Below are positions 14,038-26,738 of a stretch of DNA of 64,000 nt, in pieces (position 1 is the first letter of the stretch; every line of letters starts with the position of its first letter). Source of the DNA: Eledone cirrhosa (Eukaryota). Made by a program: the position numbers and the translations under genes. The stretch is taken from the NCBI GenBank assembly GCA_964016885.1, contig OZ024742.1:221154001-221218000 (forward strand). The letters are read 5' to 3'. The notes beneath the pieces were generated by a model, which had not been told where the DNA came from, searched no databases, and saw only the letters and a list, made by a program, of their open reading frames with translations.

Positions 14038-14113
14038 ATATTGTATTTTGTCTGATGAAGGCATACCATAATTTAATTTGGTATCCCTGAAATATGTATA
14101 ATGAAATAAATAT
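14038..14113 (+). ncRNA. type I hammerhead ribozyme (Penelope-type, minimal stem III)
   Basis: ATATTGTATTTTGT-CTGATGA-AGGCATACCA[loop]TGGTATCCCT-GAAA-TATGTA-TA-ATGAAATAAATAT. The core is intact, stems I and II pair, and cleavage is predicted after 14100. Confidence 0.75.
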
Positions 14114-14147
14114 GGTTTTATAAATATAGTTTCCATTTATTAATATC

Positions 14148-14237
<90 letters not shown>

Positions 14238-14240
<3 letters not shown>

Positions 14241-14795
14241 TATGTATACGTACATACATATATGTATACAGACGTACAGTAGTATGTATATACATACATA
14301 CATGCACACATATATATATATATATGTACGTATGGGTTTACTGAACATTTATTATAATGCTCGGTTTGTTTGTAAACAAACAGCCCGAATTATTAGCCGT
14401 ACAGTGTTCAACACCCATTGTTGCCATTTTGTTCAACACTGACAAAGGAACGATGAACTAGTTTCTAGCTTATTAGCACCGTATACCTTCCTGTCAGTCG
14501 ATTGAACGTGTGAAAGTATATACTTTCCTTATGCATATTAACGGCTGAACAGCCTAATTTGCATATCGAGTGAGTTAGTCGGCCGGGCGTACCGAAAATG
14601 ATAAATGGAAAATATGAAATTTCATTTCTCACTCTTAGTACGGCTGATACTTAAATATAAGTATGTATACGTACATACATATATGTATACAGACGTACAG
14701 TAGACGCACACATATATATATGTACGTATGGGTTTACCGAACATTTATTATAATGCTCGGTTTGTTTGTAAACAAATAGCCCGAATTATTAGCCG
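14238..14795. repeat. direct duplication (14238-14399 and 14659-14795)
   Basis: AAGTATGTATACGTACATAC...GCCCGAATTATTAGCCG occurs twice, and the second copy abuts the Gypsy breakpoint. Confidence 0.8.
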
Positions 14796-17700
14796 ATGCT
14801 GGGCCACACAAAGTGGGTAGCTATCAGTTTTGCGTGCCGCGTACACCAGGATGTGTCAGGGAATGCAATGCAGAAAAAACGTCGCGTCGATGTTTCCAGG
14901 GCACGTAAGGGCGTTCATAGCCGGTGGAGATGCTGCACCAAATATATCCTGAAGCAGACGGTAGCGGGCATTCTTGCAATTTCAAGGATGAATTCTGTAG
15001 CTGTAGCAGTTCCCCGTCATCTTGTTGATCAGCTGAAATCTGCTGGAGATCGATAGTGGCAGTGGTGTGGATTGCATTAAGCTCCATGTGCGACAGGGCA
15101 TCAGCTGCTGAGCTGGTTGCGCCTTTAACGTGCCAAATGTCGGTTGTGTACTGGGAAATGAAGTCTAGATGTCAGACTTCCCTGGGTGAATGATGATCAG
15201 GCTTGGCGTTGAATGCATACACTAGCGGTTTGTGGTCAGTGTATATGGAGAACACGCGACCTTCTAGCATGTGTCGAAAATGTTTGACAGCAAGATATGC
15301 TGCCAATAATTCTCGACCGAATGTACTATACTTAATCTCGGCGGGTTTTAAGCGCTTGGAGAAAAAGGATACAAGTTGCCAAATACCGTGAGTGAGTTGT
15401 TGAAGCACGCCTCCAACTCCGGAATCCGATGCATCAGCCAATACACACATTGGGGCATCAGGGTTGGGGTAACTCAGCATTGTAGCCTCAGATAACATCT
15501 TCAATTCAGCGAAAGCGGTACGTTCTTTTTCGCTGAGATTGATGTTTGCGTTTTTGCTTGTTCACTGTACAGCAAATCCGTGAACGGTTGAGCTGTCTCT
15601 GCACAGTGAGGTATGAACCTTCGATAGAAGTTCACCAGGCCAAGAAATTCTCGCAGTTTGCGGAGAGATGTGGGTGGTGGAAAATCCACGATAGTTTTAA
15701 CTTTCTCCTGAAGTGGACGAATGCCATCTTTATCTATGATGTGTCCGAGAAAATGAAGGGACACAATGCTGAACTCGCACTTGCTGGGGTTGATGACGAT
15801 ACTATAATCTCGTAGACGTTGGAATAGCAAGTGCAGGTGCCTCTCATGTTCTTCATCGGAGCTGCTGGCCACGAGTAAGTCGTCGATGTATGCATATACG
15901 AAAGGCAGACCTCTGGTGACTATCGATGAAGCATTGGAATGCCTGCGCTACGTTGCAAAAACCGAAAGGCATACGCAGGAATTCGAACATTCCAAAGGGT
16001 GTTGTGACAGTGGTCTTCGGAATATCTGTGGGTTCTACAGGGATTTGATTATAAGCTTGCACAAGATCGATTTTGGAAAATATGCGAGCTCCGTGCAGCG
16101 AGCTAGAGAAGTCCAGTAGATGAGGCATTGGATATGAGTCAGGCACGATGCAGTTGTTCAGTGCTCAGTAGTCACCACAGATTCGCCAGTCGTTCCATGA
16201 CTTCTTAGGGACACAGTGTATGGGTGAGGATCAGTTGCTGCTGGACGGGCGTATTATTTCGAGGTCCAGCATGTGTTGAAATTACCGTTTCACAGACTTA
16301 AGACTGTCTGGTAGTAGCCTTCGAGGTCAGGCAGCGGCAGGTAGGCCGTGAGTTTTGATGTAATGGGTGACGCCGTGTTTTATAGGGCAGGTGTTAAATA
16401 CTGGTCGAGCTACATTTTGGTATTCTTTGAGTGTAGAGCTGTACCGGGTTGTCGTTGATGATTGTAAAATAACTGGACTGACTGTGGCTGTCCAAGCGGC
16501 TATGCCACGCTCAGTGAGACCAGTGGTGTCGTCAACGAGTCGTTGATGTTTTAGATCCACTAGGAGAAAGAAGTGATGAAGAAAATCAGCTCCTAAAATA
16601 GGGGTCGGCATCTTAGCTGCAACGAATACCCACTGGAAGGTGCAGCGTGGTCCTAAATTCAGTGTCAGGGTCTGCTCTCCGTAGGTTGGAATTGGTGATT
16701 GATTCACTGCTTGGAGTCAGACTGGTGTTTCTTTCTTGTTGCTAGGGGTGCAGGAAACTGGCATGATGCTGACTTCAGCACTGGTATCGACCAGAAAGCG
16801 CGTGCTTGTTACACGATCGGGGAGGAAAAACAGGCGACCTTGGATGTTAGGGCCAGAAATGTTCATCGCATTTAAGTTCCTAGCTGTGTCGTTTCCCTGG
16901 TTAGATGTCGGCACAAACGAACAGGGAGGGCTGCACTTGTGCACCCGCCTTCCGAATGTACGGTGGTACCAACACATTGCTGGTGAATGACAGGATGCAC
17001 TCGGACTTGTGGAGCGACGAGTTCGACTACTATCCGGTACATAGAAGGGTTACCCAGGGACAGGGCCTGAATTTGTTGCGTCAGGGCCTGTATTTGTGAT
17101 GCTTGCTGTGACAGTAAAGAATGGAAATCATGCACCTCTGTGGCACTGGAGGACTGAAGGAAAGGATTGGTGGGAGGAATGGCTGGCGTCACATTCGCTA
17201 AGGTTGAGTGCGAATGTGGTACTTCCGTGATTTTATCCGCCAGCTCAGTGAGTTCCTCGATGGAGATGGATTCTCTGGTAGACGCTAGAACAACTTGTGT
17301 GGTAGAAGGTAAACGCTGGAGGAAGAGTTGTTTAAAAATTTCATCTGGGAGGGTATATTCTTCCAGAAGCTGCTTCATTCGCCGTAGGAGTTGAGTTGGC
17401 TTTTTATCTCCTAATTCTTCAGCTATAAGGAGCTGGTGTAGGCACTTTTGCTACGACTCCGATGTCCTCTTAATTAGATTTGCTTTGAATCTGTCATCTG
17501 ACAAAGAGCCGGGTGGTGCCAAAATCAGGTCTTGGACAACGTTCATGATCTCCGTAGACAACGAACCAATGACGCGAGTTAAACGAGCTGCCTCGCTAAC
17601 AATCCGGTTCGATGCAAACTGAGCTTCTATATGTGCGAACCTTAGGACTGGGTCGTGTACCCAGAATGGTGGTATTCTCAACGTAATTGCTGCTTGAATT

Positions 17701-17835
17701 GCCATATCTATAGTGGATGAGTCGTCGTGTGTTAGAGGCGTGAAGTTTTGCAATGAAGCGAAGAATGTGATTCGCAAGCGTCGACAGTTAAAGTGAAGGC
17801 TGTGTTACTTTAGTTCGAGGTCAACATTATATAGT
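14796..17835 (-). mobile_element. decayed Ty3/Gypsy retrotransposon internal region (gag, protease, RT, RNase H, truncated integrase)
   Basis: Gag LRIPPFW..DP..F...EAQF and knuckle CWYH..FG....C..PC; protease FLVDTSAEVS; RT FSKIDL..AYNQIPV...[15 protein letters not shown]; RNase H DASDSGVGGVLQQ...ELLAAY...YTDHKPL; start of the integrase Zn-finger HSLTHPG. It has many stops and frameshifts, a PBS-like TGTTGACCTCGA and no LTR pair. Confidence 0.95.
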
Positions 17836-17845
17836 GATGGGGGTC

Positions 17846-18003
17846 AAGAACTTCGCTGTCAGCGGCCCAACTCCACCGAACGTCTCAAACACCACAGGCT
17901 GGAAAAAATAATTTTTTGATAAGTCCTGGTATTTCCGAATTTTATTCTGTTCAGCAGCAGAAACAGTGCCCGCTGCGGTGTCCATGATGTGGGAGGAGCA
18001 AAA
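17846..18003 (-). mobile_element. CRE-clade non-LTR retrotransposon fragment (restriction-like endonuclease region)
   Basis: Minus strand encodes ...FFQPVVFETFGGVGPLTAKFL and is homologous to 25550-25720. Confidence 0.65.
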
Positions 18004-18266
18004 AAGTAATTGACGTCCCAGATGAAGACATCTTACCTTTTACCTAGGGACAAGAAAGCAAGCTTCATATAGTTTTGACATACACATGTAATTTGTTTGT
18101 GCTTTCGTTCTGTAGGCATTGTATTATTATATTTCTTTTTATACAACTGTGAATAAACAAAAAAAATAGAGACGATTAAAAAAATGTTAATATTGCATAT
18201 AAACCAAAATTTATTTTAATGCATTTTAAAAAAGATTTTGATTATACAATTTTTGGGACACCCTAC

Positions 18267-18317
<51 letters not shown>

Positions 18318-18318
<1 letters not shown>

Positions 18319-18480
18319 CGAATGAGTTGTGGTAAGGAACCAGATGGACCATAACGCACCAGAGTACTCAATACTTAGGGTAGTAGAGTGGGTAATAGGA
18401 GAAAGTATTTCTGGACTAAAAGTCCAGAAATAGCCGTCGAAACGGCTTGAGCTTGCCGTCGGGGTCATACTTTCTCCTAT
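18318..18480. mobile_element. second, inverted copy of the 12895-13088 element
   Basis: 18318-18400 is the reverse complement of about 13002-13086, and the adjoining part matches the palindrome arm. Confidence 0.7.
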
Positions 18481-19657
18481 ATATATCATCATCATCATCG
18501 AGGCTGTTGTAGTCTGTTGTTGTTGTTGTTGGAATTTGGAGACCGTGGTAGTAGTTGTGAGACTGTGTTAGTAAGAGAGAGATATGGTATGTATATCTCT
18601 GAATGGTCTGTAGTAACTGTGACATACCGTGGCTTGCAGACAGCGGTGAATCTTCCGCATTTGTGTTCTGTAATAGTAGGGTCCCAATCGCTCTGGGTGT
18701 ATCTGTAGACCTCATGGGGTCTGTTGAATAGTGGTGAATCTTTACATAGCTTGTTCTGTAGTGGGTGCTCCGATGTCTCTGTGCTTGATAGCTTGATACA
18801 GGCTCTATATATAACTGTCACTTCCTGTTCCCCAACCCGAGGGGACAGTCAACACATCAACCTGTCTACACCAAAAAAGTGTTGACCTAGAATTTAACCT
18901 TTAGGTATCACCCAAAGTTCAAGGCGCGGACAGATTTCGCTACACTTACATAGGAATACAAGTGAAATCATAAACTCGTCATCTACGTAAACCTCTTGTT
19001 GAGTCAAGCAACGCCGTACGCTAAAGCTATCCATAATAAGAAGTATTCACAACCTCTAATTGGATTACCTTTGCAAGCAGGGAAAAGCGGACGTAAAATG
19101 ATGATGATGATGATATAACGATATTTTGTTATCCTTTATATATATATATATATATATAGTAATAATAATAAATTTGAAGACTAAAATCCAAAGAGGGCTC
19201 GATAAGGATAAATATATATATCAAATATATAAGAAGCGTAGAGCAAATATTTATTAAAATAACAGATAGAAGTTTAAGCAAAGAATCGCTGCTTTCGCCC
19301 TTAACGGGATCTTTTGAAACTAAAAAAATCAATCTGTGAACGCAGAAGTAAATATTTCGAAAAACGTTGCAGCCGAAGGAAAACAGGAAGACGATTCTTT
19401 GGTTCGTGAAGACGTTCCCTGGCAATGAACGGAAAAAGGCGAAGATAATACGTCGTTATGTGGAGCAATGAGAATATTTACACGCAAAGACAAAACCACG
19501 TTTATGGTATAAATGAAATTGTAGACTAATATTCTATTTAGGAAACCGAATGATTCTTGGCTTCAGAGTTAAGAATAATTGTTTCTACTTTAGGCAAAAG
19601 GCCAAGAATAATGTAATAAATTAGTAGAACAAAAATGACAGAGGTTATTAAAATCTG

Positions 19658-19718
<61 letters not shown>

Positions 19719-20229
19719 GCAGAAAATAATAATTATTACCAGTTTAGCAGAAGGATAATAATTATAACAACAATAATGATAATATCAACAACAATAATAA
19801 TATGTATTTTTGTTGTAGCAGGAAAGGTATGGTTTTGTTAGGTTAAAGTATAGCAGTTAGAGGTTTAGTTTTAATGAAGTGTGAGAGAAGTGAATGTTTG
19901 TGGAATTAGTCGTAAAGTCTTACTTAGTCAAATCACGCATGAATAGTTTATGAATGCACCAAAAGAAAGTAGCTTGCTACATATATATATATATATACGC
20001 ATTCACACATATGTTTATACATATAATATTTATGTGTGCATATACATTCTCCTGCTAGAACAAAACCTCAAGGGTCATGATCATGGAAAGGTAGGGATTT
20101 TCATTTCATATGTTCAAAGCCTACATGGGAAATAATTGAATACAATGTATGGAGTTATATCCCTAAAAGATTTGTGTTTGATTCTCATCCCCACTAGTTA
20201 CCAATGTAATTGACTGTTCATACATATGT

Positions 20230-20472
20230 CATCATCATCATCATCGTTTAACGTCTATTTTCTACGCTAGCATGGGTTAGACAGGTTGTCCCATTTGAGG
20301 CAAGTCGGGTCCTTGCTCATACAGAACTGATTTTCACTTGGTTTCTACACCTGGATACCTTTCCTAACACCAACCACATTTACAGTGTGTGCTGGATACT
20401 TTTTGTCATGGCACTGACATGACCACTTTACAGTGTGTACTGGGTGCTTTTTGTTGTGACATCTATACAACC
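20230..20472 (-). mobile_element. SINE-like element with about 2 copies of the 48-bp satellite monomer
   Basis: Same head as 5025-5200, followed by TTTACAGTGTGTGCTGGATAC...GACCACTTTACAGTGTGTACTGGGTGCTTTTTGTTGTGAC. Confidence 0.75.
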
Positions 20473-20572
20473 AATGTATGTAAAATGGAGATGTGACTTA
20501 ACCACATGACCTACAAAACCTCAGTTCAAAATATATGGTTCATTAGAGAGTGTTGACATGATTATATATCCT

Positions 20573-23153
20573 TGTAGTGACCTACACTCTGTGGGCTCAT
20601 ATACATTCTACGTGCGTTATTTGGCTGTCCAGCCAATGACCGCCAGTGGAGGAGAGTGTATCTCTACGCGCCCTGAGGGAAAAATTCCCGCGTCGATTCG
20701 AGAAATCGCTCTCTTGCTGCTTGAACCGTTGAAAGGTAAACACCTATTTTCTTTCGCCATGAAATCACTAGCCAATATGTAACACAACAACATAACCACG
20801 GGCCTGGCAACACTTCAGCCAGTAGACCGTGCCTTTCTGAAAATCTTAATTTGTTTGTTTTATTTCTCTTGGCTTGTCAGCTCTACTCAGCCCAACCCTT
20901 GTTAATAAATAATGTAAAACAAGCTAAAGTCATTGTCGATATTCCTACCATATCTTTCTACCGAACTGGTTACTCATGGCGCTATAACTATTACATTACT
21001 ACATCTATATAATACTACTAAGACGGAGGAGTATATAAGTATGAAATGCTCCTTTAAAACATATATGTACATCAACCACACATTTCTGTTAAAAGTGGTG
21101 ACCCTGAAAGAAAAAAAAATAATAGGAACTGGTGTTGTATGTATATAGAAAAAAAATTAATTAGCAGCATTTAAAAATAAAATTTTTTAAACACGAACAC
21201 GGGGAGATTTCAAAATGGCTACCGACAAGTCCTGTCTACAATCAACTATCAACAACAGCAGCAGCAACGACAACATTGGTTAACCGCTGACCATGGACAA
21301 CGGAATAACTATGTGGCAGCTTCATAGCCTTACCGATACAAACCACCATGCATCATATTGTTTACTTCTATGCCTTCACATGTATTTTCAAAATTATAGC
21401 CCGGAGACATTTTTTTCTTTCGATACGGCTTTCTGCAATACAAACAAGCAACACAACCTTATGTCACATGAGGTGGCAGGATGGTAAAATGGCCACGAAA
21501 ACTCTCAAAAACAATACACATCTAACCCCTAGTGACATTAACAAACTTCTTTTTCAGTTTTCAGATAGAACTAGTGTCAGAAAGTCTGTACACTGGTGAT
21601 GTATGAACTATTTGACTTTGAAAAACTTTGAACTTACCATTGAGCATTAATTTTCTCTGCTCCCTTATATTGACTTTGAATTATCAGTTTGTTACATTCA
21701 CATTTTTCTTTGTAAAATGCATTTACTTGTTTTGTGCTCCTTTGCTATTTGCTTGCTCATGTTTTTTATTCATTCATTTTCTTTGCTGTATTACATGCCT
21801 GCATATGCACACACATTTCTTTGTCACACACCATGTTGTTGTCTATGATCTTCAAGCATTGTAAGATTCTGCGAGATCCTTTTTCACCTTCCGGAGGTAC
21901 CAAAACATGCTATAGACACTTGCAGTTTAATTCACCTGCACCGCAACACGAGAATGCTAATTGCAGCTGGATTCAAACAGTTCGCATCTCGTTGCACACT
22001 CATTGTCCATTAGCATAACAACCTCCATCTTGTTACTTTACTCGACTCACTGGGAAAACAACAAATGGAACTAGACCTGCCAGCATTTCCACCATTTCTT
22101 CTGTGGAATTTACACTTCAACTACTACCCACCTACAGATTCAACTTGCTTTTTTTCTTTTCAAAGCAACCAGCCATTGTTTCCTGGCTGCCTAGCACTTC
22201 TGGCAATTCATCTGGGAGGCCGAAAATTTTTCGCCTACCCATCATCTTCTTGCCAGCTTTGCTACATTTATCATAACAGCCATACAGCTCTGGTAAAGCA
22301 TGAACAACACCATCATTGACAACAGCTACTGGTAAACTACCATAACAGCTTCATCCACAGCTACTGGTACAACACTTACCATTAACATTTAATGCAAGAA
22401 CAGCAACTTCGCCCATGTCAGACTTTATCCGTTTTCTGTTAGACCCCTGGTGGTCACGTATAAATAGCAGAACAACTAGTCATTTGACACAGCGGCTCAA
22501 CATGGCCCTTAGCGCCTCATTTTTCTTCTTGTATGTGTTCTTTTGTTCAATTTTTTTCATTGATGAGCTCTTTCAGCATTTTTCCTGCTGATTCAATAAT
22601 AATTATCGTCTGACAACTAGGAAGTGGGTATTGTAGTGACCTATATTCCACGGGCTCATATACATTCTCCGTGCGTTATTTGGCTCAGCCCAGCCAATGA
22701 CCGCCAGTGGAGGAGAATGTATCTCTACGTGCCCTGAGGGAAAAATTTCCCGCGTCGATTCGAGAAATCGCTCTCTTGCTGCTTGAACCGTTGAAAGGTA
22801 AACACCTATTTTTATTTCGCCGTGAAATCACTAGCCAATATGTAACACAACATAACCACGGGCCTGGCAACACTTCAGCCAGTAGACCGTGCCTTTCTGA
22901 AAATCTTAATTCGTTTGTTTTATTTCTCTTGGCTTGTCAGCTCTACTCAGCCCAACCCTTGTTAATAAATAATGTAAAACAAGCTAAAGTCGTTGTCGAT
23001 ATTCCTACCATATCTTTCTACCGAACTGGTTACTCATGGCGCTATAACTATTACATTACTACATCTATATAATACTGCTAAGACGGAGGAGTATATAAGT
23101 ATGAAATGCACCTTTAAAACATATATGTACATCAACCACACATTTCTGTTAAA
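20573..23153 (+). mobile_element. non-autonomous LTR retrotransposon (about 520-bp LTRs, 1.5-kb non-coding interior)
   Basis: LTRs 20573-21093 and 22632-23153 (TGTAGTGACC...CTGTTAAA), PBS TGGTGACCC after the 5' LTR, purine tract AGGAAGTGGG before the 3' LTR, and (A)TCCT target duplication on both sides. Confidence 0.9.
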
Positions 23154-23627
23154 TCCTCATCATCATCAGTCTCACATCCATGTTTCTATATTGGCATAGC
23201 TTGAGTCAGGCTTTTTGAGGTAGAATTCTATGGCCAGATGTCTATCATTATGCCAACGCTCACTTGGTTACACTATTGAATGCAAAGAGAAGTGATGAGA
23301 TAAACAAAAACACAGACACACATGTATGTGTGTATATATATAAATATATATATAGATAGATAAATATACATGGGTGTGTATGATTGTGTATAGAAGATTA
23401 TATTAATAAAAGGAATTCCAACTTTGTCTGATTTACTCGTTTTATTTACAATCCTTTAAAATTTATAATGGCATTAGAATGAAATAGTATGGTAGAATAT
23501 GAAATGTTAAGTGTTAATTGAAAAAGTACTTTCATGCTTTCGCAATCTTCAGGTTCATATTGTGTGGAGACAGTCAAGTTTACAATTTTCAACAGTTTTC
23601 AAGTTTGCATATTTCTGAAGTCTGTTT

Positions 23628-23900
23628 CAAGCCAGGAGGCTCATCAGGCTGGCGCCTATCCCGGTAAAATGCTGTAAAGCGACTGAGTGTACAAGACTTC
23701 CCCCCTGGACAGAATGCCACTCTATTGCAAGGTTAAACTCCCAGCTATTGCTGGTACTCATTTTCAGCTGAGTACACTGGAGCAACATGAAATGGAGTGT
23801 TTTGGCCAAGAACAAAACACACAACCCAGCCCAGGAATCAAACCCACAACATTATGATCATACATCCAACACCCTTATCACTAGGCCACACACCTCCACA
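23628..23900 (-). mobile_element. tRNA-derived SINE, probably Nin-domain-like
   Basis: GGCTCATCAGGCTGGCGCCTATC...GGTACTCATTTTCAGCTGAGT...AGTGTTTTGGCCAAGAAC, with the tRNA-like head at the right end. The family name is from memory. Confidence 0.55.
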
Positions 23901-24177
23901 ATATACATATATATTGAAGGTGCATGGCTAGAGAATTAGATTCGCAATCGTGAGGTTGTGAATTTGATTCCCAGACCGGCCGATGCATTATGTCCTTGAG
24001 CAAGACACTTTATTTCCTGTTGCTCCTTTTGCCTGGATTTGCGATTGGTAGATAGTATTAGCAATTAGAAAGAAGAATGGAAACATTGTTTCCTCGGACT
24101 GATTTGATGAGCTCCACTCCACTCCTTAAGCGAATGAGGTCTGGGATCTTGTCGATCGACTGTTTTATATATATATT

Positions 24178-24518
24178 GGAAGCACATGGCTTAGTGGTTA
24201 GAGCATTGGCCTTGCAATCGAAACGTTGTGTGTTCAATTCTCAGACTGGGTGATATGTTGTTTCCTTGAGCAAGACACTTTATTTCACATTGCTCCAGTT
24301 TACTCAGCTGTATAAATGAGATGATAGGGACTGGGGTCCCTATCATTCCACTGCAAAGTGGTCGTGGAGGTTCCACGGCAAAAAAGCACCCAGCACTCAC
24401 TGTAAATGAGGTTGGTGTTAGGAAGGGCATCCAGCTGTAGAAATCAAGCCAGAATCAGTTCCCCTCCCACCCTTGCAAGCAGGGAAAAGTGGACGTAAAA
24501 TGAAATGATGATGATGAT
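24178..24518 (+). mobile_element. SINE with a tRNA-like head and (ATG)n tail
   Basis: TGGCTTAGTGG (A box), GTTCAATTC (B box), CCTTGAGCAAGACACTT, AAAAGCACCCAG...GGAAGGGCATCCAGC, ending GATGATGATG. Confidence 0.75.
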
Positions 24519-24857
24519 ATATATATATATATATAGTTGTACAGTTTCAATCTACCAATTTAATTTTCAAGGCATTGGTCAGACCGGGGCTATAGTAGGG
24601 TGATTCCACATGGTGGGACAGAACCCCAAACCATATGTTTACAAAGCAAACTTCTTAAACATAGATCCATGCCTGCACCTAGTTGTTTAATCAATTGGAT
24701 GATTTAGTCCTTAAATTATCAATAGAAGTGGCTGAGTATTCCACATACATTTGTACCTTTATTGTAATTCCCAAGTAGAATCAACATAATATTGTGTGAT
24801 AAAGCTGGACTGTTGAATTACAGGTACAATTTATCTGACAAGCTTCCATACAGTTTC

Positions 24858-25445
24858 TGTCTACCCTATTTCACTGACAAGGTTTTGGTAAAAGATGTTT
24901 GTCCTAAGATGTTCAGCAGTGGGATTGAACCCAGATGAACCTTGTGAATGAGAAATGGATTTTTTAACCATTGAAAGTACAAAACTTCAGTTCAAAATAT
25001 ATGGTACATTGTAAATACTATATATAAAATAGAGTTGTTATCTCTATTCAATTGTCAACCACTTTACAGAGTGTCCGTGGTGTATTTTATCATGGCACCA
25101 ATATGAGAAGGTGTTATGTCTTCAGCAGGATTAAATGGTCCTCTCAACCCTATGTTATCTCTACTTATTCAGCAACTGTTTTACAGAGTGTATTTGTTGT
25201 ATTTTATCATGAGACTAGAACAAGGGAGGTTGCTTTAGCCCCTACATGGCAATAGAGTTCTCTCCCCTCTACCCTATTTCACTGACAAGGTTTTGGTAAA
25301 AGATGTTTGTCCTAAGATGTTCAGCGGTGGGACTGAATCCAGAAGAACCCCATGATTGAGAAATATATTTTTTAACCACTGAATGTACAAAACTTCTGTT
25401 CAAAATATATGGTACATTGTAAATACTGTATATAAAATAGAGTTC
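24858..25445. repeat. direct duplication of about 175 bp (24860-25036 and 25268-25444)
   Basis: CTACCCTATTTCACTGACAAGG...TATAAAATAGAGTT occurs twice. Confidence 0.8.
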
Positions 25446-25547
25446 TGACTTATACATGAGTACATACAGTAAATGGTTAAATTAACAATTTAAAATTAAA
25501 TTAAGAAAAAAGAAGATGACTTGTATAAATAATGAAAAGATATTTCT

Positions 25548-25851
25548 TTTGCTCCCTCTGACATCATGGATGGTACGGTAAATGTGGGGGACACTGCTTC
25601 TATTTGCTGAACGGAATAAAATTCGGAGATACTTGGTTTTATCTAACAATTATTTTTTCCTGCCTGTGGTGTTCGAGATGTTTGGTGGAGATGGACCTCT
25701 GACAGTGAAGTTCTTGTCATCGCTGGTGGCTCGCCTTACTGAGGTTTTTGGTGATGCCAGTGAGGATGCCTGGTTGTTTAAGCGCCTTAGCCTCGCTATC
25801 ACCCATGGTAATGCTGTGAGTGTGTTGGCTTGCGTCAAAATATTCCAATGA
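25548..25851 (+). mobile_element. 3' end of a CRE-clade non-LTR retrotransposon
   Basis: FLPVVFEMFGGDGP...F...L....GD......LFKRLSLAITHGNA matches the C-terminal RLE signature (F.P...E..G..G...QRLS.A.QRGNA). Confidence 0.75.
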
Positions 25852-25951
25852 CTCTTTTGGTGTGTGACAAATTGTTGCACTTAATTGTGAATTGATGGTT
25901 GTTTTTGTTTTTGTTTCCTCCATTTTTTTTTCTTTTGCTTTTGGTGCGTTA

Positions 25952-26738
25952 TCTATATATATAAAACTGTAGTTGTCTGCGTATCCTTATTTTTGCAAAG
26001 TCTATACAAATCCACATTTCTACTCCGATTGACTTCAAACTTGCATTTATATATTCCTTGCGGTATAAAGATATTGTTTCTACTTTTGGCACAAGGCCAG
26101 CAATTACCCAGTGTATTACTGGTACTTTATTTTATCGACCCTGTAAGGATGAAAGGCAAAGTTAACCGCGGTGTAAAGATATTAACTGCAGTTTTTATTT
26201 TTCAATTTTCTGTTGTTAGGCGCCGGTTATCGATCTCCGTCGAGCCCTTATAATATCTGTCTGCATGTCTGACTGTCTGCATTACAACATTCTGATGAAC
26301 ACGTCATTGCTGACGTATTATCTTTGCTACATTCACACACACACACACACACACATATATAAATATACATATATACTTATATATACACGTATATATATAT
26401 ATACACATATATACATATACACACACATATATACACATATACATATCTGCTATGACACTGGAACCTTCTGCAACTTAACCTGTGACTTTCTCTTTCACAT
26501 TTACTCCAAAAGGCCAAAACAGAGGAGTATGAAAAGAAGGGGCTCAACAATATTTCTATGAACAATGCACGTAGACAGCTAAACTGTACTTTCAACTTCT
26601 TAATTTTCTCCAAATAAAACAAGTTTCCTGTCAGTATATTTTCGAGAGTTTTTAACAAGCACTCACACATAAACGTTTCTCATTGGAAGTGCTATTGCCA
26701 ATGTTCTTACCTATGCAATGCTGGGATACACTGTTAGT
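25952..26738 (+). mobile_element. non-autonomous Helitron-like element with a nested SINE fragment
   Basis: 5' TCTATATATATAAAACTG and 3' CCTATGCAATGCTGGG...TTAG-T, similar to 11793-12687. A SINE piece lies at 26075-26167. Confidence 0.55.

Larger units (their letters stand above)
13833..14153. repeat. near-perfect palindrome with about 150-bp arms (Penelope-type inverted terminal structure)
   Basis: 13833-13982 is the reverse complement of 14004-14153, with one mismatch seen and a 21-nt spacer. Confidence 0.9.

Noticed and set aside
18495-18821. 108-aa minus-strand ORF as a host exon
   Set aside because: No recognisable domain or supported splice structure, and it runs into a microsatellite.
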